Source: an uncultured virus (IMG/VR IMGVR_UViG_3300015610_002171) (lineage: Duplodnaviria > Heunggongvirae > Uroviricota > Caudoviricetes). Taken from it: DNA of 20,000 bases. A program made the translations under genes and the position numbers. Numbering within the stretch: position 1 is the first letter of the stretch; each line of letters begins with the position of its first letter. Location of the stretch: IMG/VR virus record IMGVR_UViG_3300015610_002171; one strand, 5' to 3'. The notes under the pieces were generated by a model. That model did not search any database, was not told the origin of the DNA, and saw only the letters and a program-made list of their open reading frames with translations. Positions 6,687 to 14,965 of this stretch are shown piece after piece.

Positions 6687-6772
6687 ACTTATGTAGTGTA
6701 ACGGGAGCACAGCGGAAAAAGCATTGCGCGTTAGGGAACCCGCCAGTAAAGGTTCGAATCCTTTCATAAGTA
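6687..6772 (+). ncRNA. tRNA-like RNA with 24-nt anticodon loop
   Basis: ACTTATG/CATAAGT; D-arm GTGT-AACGGGA-GCAC; GCGG-[24 nt]-CCGC; T-arm AAAGG-TTCGAAT-CCTTT. Confidence 0.7.
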
Positions 6773-6778
6773 AAGTTT

Positions 6779-6849
6779 GCCCTTTTAGTTCAACGGTAGA
6801 ACGCTAGTTTCTAAAACTGGATGAATAGGTTCAATTCCTATAAAGGGCG
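6779..6849 (+). tRNA. amber suppressor tRNA (anticodon CUA)
   Basis: GCCCTTT/AAAGGGC-G; CTAGT-TT-CTA-AA-ACTGG; canonical D- and T-arms. Confidence 0.88.
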
Positions 6850-6857
6850 CAAAATCA

Positions 6858-7271
6858 ATGAAGTTTCAAGAATATGTGAAATACTCTAATTGGTTCTCAG
6901 GAAAGGCTGACTCTGATTTTGAGTTAAAATTTAAAATAAAAGAAATAAGCAACCTTTCTGCAGAAAAAGCATTTTTTAAAATTGACACACTTGGAGAAAC
7001 ACCAGAAATTTCAAGTGCTGAAAAACAAAGTTTACTTTCGGCTTTAAAAGGTAAAGCTGCTTTTAACTTATGTATCAAACAAGTTTCTGAGCAAATTAAA
7101 ATTGCTCATAAAGAAAAATGGATTTGGATATTAGGAAACATTTCATTTGATGAAAAAATTAAAGATCTTATCTTGTATCAAGAAGTAATACAGAATTTAT
7201 TAAATTGTGATAATCGACAACTTTTTTTGACAGCTTGGAAACAATCAAGAGTCGAAAATAATTTAAAGTAA
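6858..7271 (+). CDS. hypothetical protein
   Basis: 137-aa ORF. Confidence 0.7.
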   Translation: MKFQEYVKYSNWFSGKADSDFELKFKIKEISNLSAEKAFFKIDTLGETPEISSAEKQSLLSALKGKAAFNLCIKQVSEQIKIAHKEKWIWILGNISFDEKIKDLILYQEVIQNLLNCDNRQLFLTAWKQSRVENNLK

Positions 7272-7281
7272 AATAACAAAT

Positions 7282-7306
7282 GGAAGTGTGGCCGAGTGGT
7301 CTAAAG
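7282..7306 (+). pseudogene. 5' fragment of a tRNA-Ser-like gene
   Basis: GGAAGTGTGGCCGAGTGGTCTAAAG = acceptor strand plus D-arm of a class II tRNA, truncated just before tnpB. Confidence 0.6.
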
Positions 7307-7312
7307 TAATAA

Positions 7313-8482
7313 ATGATAATTAAATCTTTCAAATATAGATTATATCCAACAATCGAACAACAAAAAGTTTTTGAAGAATGGATTTTACAGTTGAAAAATT
7401 TGTGGAACATAGCAAACAAACAAAGATTTTGGATGCTAAGTAAAATTCCAATCCAAAAAAGTTCAAGAACGGGTTTTGAAATTTGGCCGTCAAATAGAAA
7501 TCAAATATGTAAAAGAACAGGAAATAAAATTTATGGTCAAGAATACGAGGCGCAAGAATTAGCAAGGTTAGATCCAAATGGAATAGGTATTTTACCAGCT
7601 AAAATAAGAAATTCTTGTCTAGAACAATTAGATAAATCCTGGAAAAGGTTTTATAAAAACGTATCCAAAAAACCAAAGTTTAAAACAAAAAAAGATAAAA
7701 TTTCGTTTACAATAAAAAGTAATTGCAATTCTTTGTTGAAAAACATTAATAATGGGAAAATTCAAATTATTAAACTTGGATTTGTTAAAGTCAAAATACA
7801 TAGAAAATTAGAAGGAAGACCATTATATTTTACAATTACAAAAGATTCAATAGGTGAATGGTATGTTTCTATTACTTGTGAAATAATAAATTTCATAAAA
7901 AAAGAATCTAATCAAATAATTGGAATTGATAGAGGTGTTAAAAACATTGTTGCAGATTCAAATGGAAAAATAATACCAAGTATTAAAATACTAGAAAAAA
8001 GTAAGTTAAAACTTAACAAATTGAGAAGAAAATTTTCAAAGCAGAAAAAAGGATCAGAAAATTCTAAAAAAACATTATTAAAAATAAATAAGTTAAACAT
8101 TAAGCAAATTAATAGAAGAAATGATTTTTATCATAAAATAACCAGTTATTATTCAAATAATAATTCAACTATTGTTCTTGAAGAATTGAAAATTAAAGAA
8201 ATGACAAAAAAAGGTTCTAAAAAAACAAAACTTAATTCTTTAATAAGATCTTCTGCATGGAAATTATTAGAAAATCAATTTAAGTATAAGTTGAATTGGT
8301 ATCAAAAAAATGGAAAATTAATATTAATTAAACCATATAATACTTCAAGAATTTGTTTTAAATGCAAATATTGCGAAAAAACTAATAGAAAAGAAGACGT
8401 TTTTAAATGTTTAAAATGTGGGCATGAAGATCATGCCGATATAAATGCCGCAAAAAACATTTTGTTTTTTGGGACTAAATGA
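7313..8482 (+). CDS. tnpB: RNA-guided endonuclease TnpB (IS200/IS605 family)
   Basis: N-terminal KSFKYRLYPT; RuvC-I GIDRG; RuvC-II IVLEEL; Zn finger TSRICFKC..CLKCG; RuvC-III ADINAAKNI. Confidence 0.93.
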   Translation: MIIKSFKYRLYPTIEQQKVFEEWILQLKNLWNIANKQRFWMLSKIPIQKSSRTGFEIWPSNRNQICKRTGNKIYGQEYEAQELARLDPNGIGILPAKIRNSCLEQLDKSWKRFYKNVSKKPKFKTKKDKISFTIKSNCNSLLKNINNGKIQIIKLGFVKVKIHRKLEGRPLYFTITKDSIGEWYVSITCEIINFIKKESNQIIGIDRGVKNIVADSNGKIIPSIKILEKSKLKLNKLRRKFSKQKKGSENSKKTLLKINKLNIKQINRRNDFYHKITSYYSNNNSTIVLEELKIKEMTKKGSKKTKLNSLIRSSAWKLLENQFKYKLNWYQKNGKLILIKPYNTSRICFKCKYCEKTNRKEDVFKCLKCGHEDHADINAAKNILFFGTK

Positions 8483-8650
8483 ATACCGTTGGTTTAACGG
8501 AGAAACCTACAATATGCTGTAGGAACTGAAAAGTTTTTCAAAAGAAATGCTATGTCTGTGGAGATTTTTGATAAAAAATCAATGAAACAGAAAGAAGAAT
8601 TAGTAATAATCTTCCTTTAAATCAATGTTCGTTGATTTAAACATAAAACA
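8483..8650 (+). ncRNA. putative TnpB omega/reRNA scaffold and right end
   Basis: ACCGTTGG..ACGG and CTGTGGAG...ATGAAACAG elements resemble TnpB 3' scaffolds; terminal hairpin TTTAAATCAA/TTGATTTAAA at 8616-8641. Confidence 0.55.
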
Positions 8651-8687
8651 CGAATCTTTCTGATTCCGCTAAGAAAAGAAAACAAAT

Positions 8688-9050
8688 ATGATGATAGCAT
8701 TTGATATACTCAAACTAGATAGACTAACCGATGCTCAATTATTTGAATTTTGTATGGCAGTTGGGGCAGACCTTGAGAATCTCTGCTCTTATGTGAAATT
8801 GTTAAAATCTAACATTGGAGAAGGGGAGGCATCTTTTGAAGGGTGCTGGGGAACTTATAATTCCAATGAAATGGAAAAGTTTAAAGATTTGGTTGAGTAT
8901 CCAACAGCGATATCTAAACTTCAACAAATATTAAAAGAAAATCCGAAAAAACATTTTGTTTCTATTGCCGTTTCTCCAAGTGAAGTTTCTTATCAGATTT
9001 TCAACAGAGAAGATGGAATCAAACATTTAATAAAACATTTTGGAGTTTAA
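8688..9050 (+). CDS. hypothetical protein
   Basis: 120-aa ORF. Confidence 0.7.
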   Translation: MMIAFDILKLDRLTDAQLFEFCMAVGADLENLCSYVKLLKSNIGEGEASFEGCWGTYNSNEMEKFKDLVEYPTAISKLQQILKENPKKHFVSIAVSPSEVSYQIFNREDGIKHLIKHFGV

Positions 9051-9051
9051 A

Positions 9052-9453
9052 ATGACAACAGCAGAAACATCTCTTTTTAAAGAAAAAGCACTTAAAGATT
9101 TAAACATTCAAGAGCAAGCTTGGGAAGAAACTTGTGGCGTTGTTAGGGGCAGTTATAACGGAGGCATTCGTTATGCTTGCACAAGGTGTGAAATATTGGT
9201 AGAAATGGCCACAGACGAAATTAAAACTGAAATGGGAGAAGAATTGTACAATAAACATGAAACGATAAAAGATCCCATTACAGAAAAAGGATGGATTCCT
9301 GCACAAGAAATGGTTGTTAGAAACAAGTTTCTGGAAAAGGCAAAAGAACATAATTGCGGTCATTTTGAGAAAAGGCTGGAGTACGCAAAAGATCCAAAAA
9401 CTCATCAAACATTTGGGATACTAGCTTTGATGAAAATGATAAAAAACAAATGA
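9052..9453 (+). CDS. hypothetical protein
   Basis: ATG after GGAG SD; CTRC motif. Confidence 0.7.
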   Translation: MTTAETSLFKEKALKDLNIQEQAWEETCGVVRGSYNGGIRYACTRCEILVEMATDEIKTEMGEELYNKHETIKDPITEKGWIPAQEMVVRNKFLEKAKEHNCGHFEKRLEYAKDPKTHQTFGILALMKMIKNK

Positions 9454-9881
9454 GACTCTATCAAATAAATCTAGTTCCAAGAGAATATTCAGAAGATCTA
9501 ATTCACACAATTGGTGTCTTTTCTTCTAAAACACTTGCTGTCGAAGGGCTCTCTTTATATCTCCAGGAACGTTTAGTATTTGATTTTAAAAAACAACCCT
9601 CTCTTGGTCTTTCTTATCTTAAGGGAAAAGACACAACTGTAGCAAGAGAAGAAGTTTTTAAAGCGTTACAATCTGTGTCTTCTTTTGAAGACATGAGACG
9701 TTTGTTCACGTCGGGTTCTCTGTATTTTTTATTTTTAATGAGGGTTGTATTAGATGGTCACTATGCAGTTGTTGTCCCTTTGGAACTAGATGAACTAAAA
9801 GAGGCTGGTGTCTGTTTTGCTCGCCCTGGTCCTCGTCGGTTGCTCGCCGTGCACCCGCCCCGTAACTGTAAATTATTCTAG
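9450..9881 (+). CDS. hypothetical protein (local paralog family); 3' end uncertain
   Basis: GVFSSKTLAVE motif; C-terminus runs into the next gene, so the true stop may be near 9802. Confidence 0.65.
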   Translation: MRLYQINLVPREYSEDLIHTIGVFSSKTLAVEGLSLYLQERLVFDFKKQPSLGLSYLKGKDTTVAREEVFKALQSVSSFEDMRRLFTSGSLYFLFLMRVVLDGHYAVVVPLELDELKEAGVCFARPGPRRLLAVHPPRNCKLF

Positions 9882-10011
9882 ATGCTGCGACGGGACACCC
9901 GCAACCTGTACAGGTAGAGGATGTTGCTCGCACCACGGAGGAGTTTGTACATTTCAAAGAATTGAAGAACAACCTATTATGTGCCCCATAGATGCAAGTC
10001 AGGATCAATGA
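9808..10011 (+). CDS. small Cys-rich putative lipoprotein (DUF3761-like motif)
   Basis: Hydrophobic leader with LVGC lipobox-like site; CCDG..GRGCCSHHGGVC motif; start uncertain. Confidence 0.65.
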   Translation: MSVLLALVLVGCSPCTRPVTVNYSRCCDGTPATCTGRGCCSHHGGVCTFQRIEEQPIMCPIDASQDQ

Positions 10012-10331
10012 TAGAAAAGCTTACTGCGTTTAAAACTAGTCTAACTGAGATTCAACCCATGCTTGTTTCATTTGAAGCAAATTATCACCTTACCGCGGCA
10101 ACGACAAATCTTTCTAATGTAAAAGGTTTTCAAGATGAAACAGAACGGCAAAATCACCTGTTTCCAGTTGTTTTAAAAGCATTAAGATATGTTATGTGGC
10201 ATGAAGTTAAAGAACTTAATAGCCAAACGAATCTTTCTTCAAAAGAAAACCACCAGGTTCTGTTAAAATTAAACAAACTTTTTTTAGACTTCAAAACCTT
10301 TGCAGAAGAAAATGGGTATAGCGAAATATAA
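10008..10331 (+). CDS. hypothetical protein
   Basis: ATGA overlap with the upstream gene. Confidence 0.7.
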   Translation: MIEKLTAFKTSLTEIQPMLVSFEANYHLTAATTNLSNVKGFQDETERQNHLFPVVLKALRYVMWHEVKELNSQTNLSSKENHQVLLKLNKLFLDFKTFAEENGYSEI

Positions 10332-10370
10332 AATAGCAAAACAAATTAAGAAAACAACAAAACAAGGGTC

Positions 10371-10399
10371 TTGACAGACCTCCTCGCGGTGGTTAGACT
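10371..10399 (+). promoter_or_regulatory. sigma70-like promoter
   Basis: TTGACA-17 nt GC-rich-TAGACT. Confidence 0.65.
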
Positions 10400-10444
10400 A
10401 TCTCAATCCTAAGAGGAAATAACCCAAACAGAAAGTTCTTCAAA

Positions 10445-10687
10445 ATGGAAGAAGCCAGCCAAGGTTACAAAAAAGCTTGTGAGGTTGCTTCATTTCTTGC
10501 TTCTGATAAAGAACTGTCAGAAAAAGCGCATGGAATTTTAACCTCCGCAGATCTTGACGAAAAAAGTTTTATTGAACTTTTGTTTGAAACAGAAGAGGTA
10601 AAGGAGTCTTGTTCTCTTCAAGACGGAGACTATATTGACGGGGTTCTTATCAGAACCAGAGTTTTTGAATTGGCCTTTCCTTTGTAA
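10445..10687 (+). CDS. hypothetical protein
   Basis: 80-aa acidic ORF. Confidence 0.65.
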   Translation: MEEASQGYKKACEVASFLASDKELSEKAHGILTSADLDEKSFIELLFETEEVKESCSLQDGDYIDGVLIRTRVFELAFPL

Positions 10688-10703
10688 AACAAAGGACCTA
10701 TAA

Positions 10704-11240
10704 ATGGAAAATCAGACAAACAAGAAACTCCCTGTGGTTGACCTTAGTGATGTTAAATGTAAAACTTGTCAATATAAAAAAGAAACCAATTTTTGGTCAT
10801 CAGACGGATTTGATAGAATGTGCGATTGGGTTTGTTCTGCCCATAATAATGATACTATTGCTAAATCACTTGAATGGCACGAAGAATCTAGAGTTCAATT
10901 ACCAACATGGTGCCCAAGAATAAAAGTTTCTGCGACAGAAAAAGAATTGGTATATGTTGTTACTATTAACAAGGTTTCAAAACCATTTTCCAGTGAATCG
11001 TTTGCTTTTGATGCGGTAGTTGATTTCCTAAGACAACATTTTGAGTCATCAAAAAACGACTACCTTCTCAATCAATTGAATGAAATTGTTTCATTTAAAG
11101 AGCTCCTTTCTTTCGTTAAAAAGGAAAGGTATCCGTTAAATTGTAAGGTGGTGTGTTGTTATCTAAACAATGGATTTAAATATTCGGCAATAGGTTTGCC
11201 AATAGATGAAGAATATAATTCAGTCATATTCAGCACTTGA
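10704..11240 (+). CDS. hypothetical protein: Cys-rich N-domain plus paralog-family C-domain
   Basis: CKTC..C..C..PTWCP, then FSSESFAFDAV and SFKELLSF; AAGGA SD. Confidence 0.75.
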   Translation: MENQTNKKLPVVDLSDVKCKTCQYKKETNFWSSDGFDRMCDWVCSAHNNDTIAKSLEWHEESRVQLPTWCPRIKVSATEKELVYVVTINKVSKPFSSESFAFDAVVDFLRQHFESSKNDYLLNQLNEIVSFKELLSFVKKERYPLNCKVVCCYLNNGFKYSAIGLPIDEEYNSVIFST

Positions 11241-11462
11241 GGTATCAACTGCTTATAGCATAAGCTTGCAAATAATAATTTCTTATTATTCACGTTTGGG
11301 GGATTGACGGCACCCTGCCCCAAATACTAAGTTTGGGGATGAGTTTAAGAAACTAAGATTTCTTAAACTTTGATATTAAGTATTATATTATTTCGGTTCA
11401 AGGAATGTTACAAAAAAATGAATCGCACTCGCTTTCTGAGCATGGAGAATTCAAATAAAAAA

Positions 11463-11849
11463 ATGGCAACAAGATCAAGAATAGGCATACTAAACAAAGA
11501 CGGAACGGTAGAATCAGTTTACTGTCATTGGGATGGTTATCCTGATAATAACGGAAAAATATTATTAGAGTCTTATCAAACAAGAGAAAAAGTACAAGAA
11601 TTGTTTGTAAAGGGAGACATGTCTTCTCTTCACTATCCTGTTTCCAATTGTAAATATTATGCTGATAGAGGAGAAACAGATGTTTCTTCCAGACTAGATC
11701 TAACATTAGATCAATATCGTTCAATTAGAGAAGAATATCAATATTATATAGACCAAAATAACCAATGGTGGTATAATCATTTGGGATGTAATTTCACTCC
11801 TCTTGAAGATTACTTCAAAAACAAAAATATTGACGAAGACGAAAAATAA
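11463..11849 (+). CDS. conserved phage hypothetical protein
   Basis: MATRSRIG..VYCHWDGYP..NG..L motif commonly seen in phage proteins. Confidence 0.8.
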   Translation: MATRSRIGILNKDGTVESVYCHWDGYPDNNGKILLESYQTREKVQELFVKGDMSSLHYPVSNCKYYADRGETDVSSRLDLTLDQYRSIREEYQYYIDQNNQWWYNHLGCNFTPLEDYFKNKNIDEDEK

Positions 11850-11875
11850 ATTCAACACAATAATTAACGAAACAA

Positions 11876-11938
11876 CGGAAATGGGTGCGTTAGAGCAGCA
11901 CGCTCGTTTTGGGAACGAGAGGTTTCCTGTATTTCCGA
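11876..11938 (+). pseudogene. tRNA-Pro(UGG) lacking the T-arm
   Basis: CGGAAAT/ATTTCCG-A; D-arm GTGC..GCAC; CTCGT-TTTGGGA-ACGAG; only AGGTTTCCTGT before the acceptor 3' strand. Confidence 0.7.
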
Positions 11939-11942
11939 CTAT

Positions 11943-12013
11943 TCGGGTATCATCTAACAGTAGGATGACAGACTTTGACTCTGTTCGTGAAAGTGCGAAT
12001 CTTTCTACTCGAA
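11943..12013 (+). tRNA. tRNA-Gln(UUG)
   Basis: TCGGGTA/TACTCGA; ACAGA-CTTTGAC-TCTGT; TGCGAAT T-loop. Confidence 0.85.
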
Positions 12014-12022
12014 CTAATATAT

Positions 12023-12096
12023 GAAAACGTAGCTCGATTGGATACAGAGAAGCGGTTGTGAACCGCTATAAACGGGTTCAATTCCCGTACGTTCTA
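12023..12096 (+). tRNA. tRNA-His(GUG), somewhat atypical
   Basis: AGCGG-TTGTGAA-CCGCT; T-arm ACGGG-TTCAATT-CCCGT; possible G-1; one acceptor mismatch. Confidence 0.72.
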
Positions 12097-12144
12097 TAAT
12101 CAATGAGCGAGGCAAATACAAATAAAAACTGTAAGGAAATTAAA

Positions 12145-12492
12145 ATGAAATAGGCAATATACTTCAACTATTCAAGAGAACACTCTGATAGAGTTGATGG
12201 TTTTCTTGTTATACAAGAAGAGTGGGTTGAAAAACAACCGAAAGATGTAGTGGTTTTTAGCATATCTGATTTTGGCAGCATTATCAAACAAGATGGAAAG
12301 TATATTTCATATTTTGGGTGTATTGAAGATTTCTGGAATTATATGGACCCAAGAAACTTTGGGAATCCACAAACTAGTTTTAAACTTGCGTTGGAAGTTT
12401 TGGTGGAAGAACAGAACTATAAGATTGTTCTTAAACCTCCTTTCTATAGAAAAGAAGTTATTGAAAATAAAATAGAAGTTGAATTACCATAA
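12145..12492 (+). CDS. hypothetical protein with in-frame TAG at codon 3
   Basis: AAGGA SD, then ATG AAA TAG GCA ATA..., open and in frame with ORF 12250-12492. Confidence 0.6.
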
Positions 12493-12569
12493 TCTTCTTC
12501 TGGATATGATCCGAGACGGTTTCGGATATGGCTATAAATTTTTCGCTCCAAGCGTACACGGCTTTGGGG

Positions 12570-12597
12570 TTGACAGCGCCCGTTGAGGGCTTACAGT
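12570..12597 (+). promoter_or_regulatory. sigma70-like promoter
   Basis: TTGACA-16 nt GC-rich-TACAGT. Confidence 0.5.
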
Positions 12598-12641
12598 ATA
12601 ATGATAAGTTCAAGTATTTAACAAGTAACAAGGAAAATAAA

Positions 12642-12815
12642 ATGGCAAAAAAAACATCTACAACAAAGAAATCAATTCCTGCTTCAATCGCAGAAAAAGT
12701 GGCAAAGACAGCGATAAAACGTATTGAGAGAAACATTGTTTCTTCAATTGTCGATGCTGCTTTTGGAGCAGTTATTAATGGTGTCGCAAACATTTCCAAA
12801 AAGAAATCAAAATGA
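12642..12815 (+). CDS. small basic hypothetical protein
   Basis: AAGGA SD before ATG 12642 (MAKKTSTTKK...). Confidence 0.7.
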   Translation: MAKKTSTTKKSIPASIAEKVAKTAIKRIERNIVSSIVDAAFGAVINGVANISKKKSK

Positions 12816-13117
12816 TTAAACTGTTTGACTACTCGTGTGTACCTGCTGATGTGTTTAATTTAACTCCAAAAGAAAAAGACTTTATTTGGAGTAAAGTTAA
12901 AGAAGCAGGGATTAAAGTAGAGTTAGATACAACACATGAGATACATGTGATTACAGTGAATTGTGAAGAAATTAAAGAATCTGGATTATATAACGACGAT
13001 TATCCATCTTTGTTTTTTGTGGCTTTGTATCGGGAAATTTTTGTTAATAAAACGCGAAATTATATATTTGATAATGTCGAAAGAGACATTTCTCTTTTTA
13101 GAGAAAAAGTGGCTTAG
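12812..13117 (+). CDS. hypothetical protein (ends in TAG in frame with the next gene)
   Basis: 101-aa ORF; ATGA overlap. Confidence 0.7.
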   Translation: MIKLFDYSCVPADVFNLTPKEKDFIWSKVKEAGIKVELDTTHEIHVITVNCEEIKESGLYNDDYPSLFFVALYREIFVNKTRNYIFDNVERDISLFREKVA

Positions 13118-13120
13118 ACT

Positions 13121-13915
13121 ATGAAATGGATAATCCAATCAAACTTCCTAAAGGATGACAATATTGGAAAACTTGCATCCTTTTTGGATGTTCATAAAAT
13201 TCCTTGGGAACAAATTCAAATAGTTCCATTTGATGACTCTGAAATAACAGAAGTGTCGTCAGATGGAATTACTGTATTTTATGGATCTGTGGGATTAGCT
13301 CGCAGGGTTGCAAAAAACAACAAATGGAAACCTGGAGTTTGGTTTGAACCATCAAAGTTCAGTTTTCAAGGAATCTTAAATGGCTATAAAGAGCATTGTT
13401 TAAATGCTGATAGTCTGGTTCTTTCTCTTGAGGAGTTTGTTTCACTTAATGGCATCAAAGACGACAAAGTTTATTTTATGAGACCTGTTGAAGATAATAA
13501 ATCTATTACAGGGGCTTGCTTTACTGTAAAGCAAATAAAAGAACTTGTTGATGGTTTGAGGGAGGCAGATAAAACAAACAGGCTCCAACTTGGGTCTGTT
13601 ATGCAGTTTGCCTCCCCAAAAGAGATCGTTAAAGAAACAAGACATTTTATTGTGGATGGTAAAGTAAGTACCTCATCAAATTATGGTCACGGCAAACTTC
13701 TAGAAGAACCATCAGAAGATGATATTTCTTTTGCTCAGAAGATGGTTGAATTATACCAACCAGCAGATGTTTTTACTTTGGATACTTGTATCCTTGAAGA
13801 TGGTACACGAAAACTTGTTGAGTTAAATTGCTTTAACTCTTCTGGTTTTTATTGGGCAGATGTTCACAAGTTAACGAAAGATATAACAACCTTCTTGAAA
13901 AAGAAATATCCATAA
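13121..13915 (+). CDS. ATP-grasp domain protein (R2K / DUF4343-like)
   Basis: FMRPVEDNKSITG, ETRHFIVDGKV and FTLD..KLVELNCFNSSGFY motifs. Confidence 0.8.
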   Translation: MKWIIQSNFLKDDNIGKLASFLDVHKIPWEQIQIVPFDDSEITEVSSDGITVFYGSVGLARRVAKNNKWKPGVWFEPSKFSFQGILNGYKEHCLNADSLVLSLEEFVSLNGIKDDKVYFMRPVEDNKSITGACFTVKQIKELVDGLREADKTNRLQLGSVMQFASPKEIVKETRHFIVDGKVSTSSNYGHGKLLEEPSEDDISFAQKMVELYQPADVFTLDTCILEDGTRKLVELNCFNSSGFYWADVHKLTKDITTFLKKKYP

Positions 13916-13937
13916 ACAAACAGATCTGAGGGTTACG

Positions 13938-14441
13938 ATGACCGACAAAGATAAAATAAAAGAGCTTCACGCGGCTATCGCCGCGGACCTCGCCCCACAA
14001 GTCGAGACAGACGAAATTAGAAATAGGTTCGGGCAACATATAAAGTGTGCTCTTGAACTACTACCAGAAACAACGCACCAAGAGCTTCTAAAGCTTTTAG
14101 GAGTGGAAGATTTTGTATCTGGGTTTACTCTTTCAAAAAGATGGTCGGAAGGGAAGAACATCCCAGTTTATTACCGTTTCTGTTTATTTAATCTAAACTC
14201 TTATCTTGAAAGTTTGTTAAACAGTTATTATTTGGTTTCTGTATTTTCAAATAATCCGCCGACATGGAAAACCGTCAGAACAGAAAATCTTTCCAAAGCA
14301 ATTGAATTTCTTATGAAAGAAAAACTTACAGCACCATTTTCTTCAATGTTTCATATAGAGAAAATTGTAAATGGAGTTGTTGAAATAGGAACAAGAGATT
14401 TGTTGATGAATCTAAAAGAGGCAAAATATGGAAACTCCTGA
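13938..14441 (+). CDS. hypothetical protein
   Basis: 167-aa ORF; GAGG SD. Confidence 0.7.
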   Translation: MTDKDKIKELHAAIAADLAPQVETDEIRNRFGQHIKCALELLPETTHQELLKLLGVEDFVSGFTLSKRWSEGKNIPVYYRFCLFNLNSYLESLLNSYYLVSVFSNNPPTWKTVRTENLSKAIEFLMKEKLTAPFSSMFHIEKIVNGVVEIGTRDLLMNLKEAKYGNS

Positions 14442-14946
14442 AACAAAAACACAATACTATTTTGTTTTGGAATATTCAACACAATCAACTGGCGGCGACC
14501 GTACAAGTGATGAAGCTTATTCAAGTCGCACACCAAAATATTTAACACAAAACATTATTGGTCTTAAAAAATTTATTAATACATTAACAGAAACAAAAGA
14601 AAAAAATTATCGAAACGAATATAATTTTTATCGTAGTGATTCTCTCCTAGTAAAAGAAGAGACTTTTAATTTTGATAAAGTTTATTGTGTCTTAGTTTTT
14701 TATAGAGACGGAGATACGTTTGGTACAACACACGGAAACCTTCATTTTGATTCTGTTTACGGAACGCAAGAAGAGGCAACAAAACGGGCAGAACAAATTG
14801 AAGCCGAGAAAGATGATGGAGCCATAACAGATCCATGGAAAGGTTATTTTAACGAACTAGAATCTGTTGAAATTCATTGTTTTAAACCGTCAGATGAAAT
14901 AACTTCCGTGAACACGAAGTTCAAGTATGTGAATCACTTTGCTTGA
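14428..14946 (+). CDS. hypothetical protein
   Basis: 172-aa ORF; GAGG SD. Confidence 0.75.
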   Translation: METPETKTQYYFVLEYSTQSTGGDRTSDEAYSSRTPKYLTQNIIGLKKFINTLTETKEKNYRNEYNFYRSDSLLVKEETFNFDKVYCVLVFYRDGDTFGTTHGNLHFDSVYGTQEEATKRAEQIEAEKDDGAITDPWKGYFNELESVEIHCFKPSDEITSVNTKFKYVNHFA

Positions 14947-14965
14947 ATCAAGAAAAGAAGAAAAA

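Noticed and set aside
6779..6849. Reading the suppressor as tRNA-Arg(UCU)
   Set aside because: The 5-bp stem CTAGT/ACTGG fixes the 7-nt loop TTCTAAA with CTA at positions 34-36
7282..8668. Group I intron / IStron interrupting the tRNA
   Set aside because: No room for, or sign of, group I core elements, and the central tRNA sequence is missing
11803..12024. Plus-strand 73-aa ORF
   Set aside because: Overlaps the tRNA-Pro remnant and tRNA-Gln
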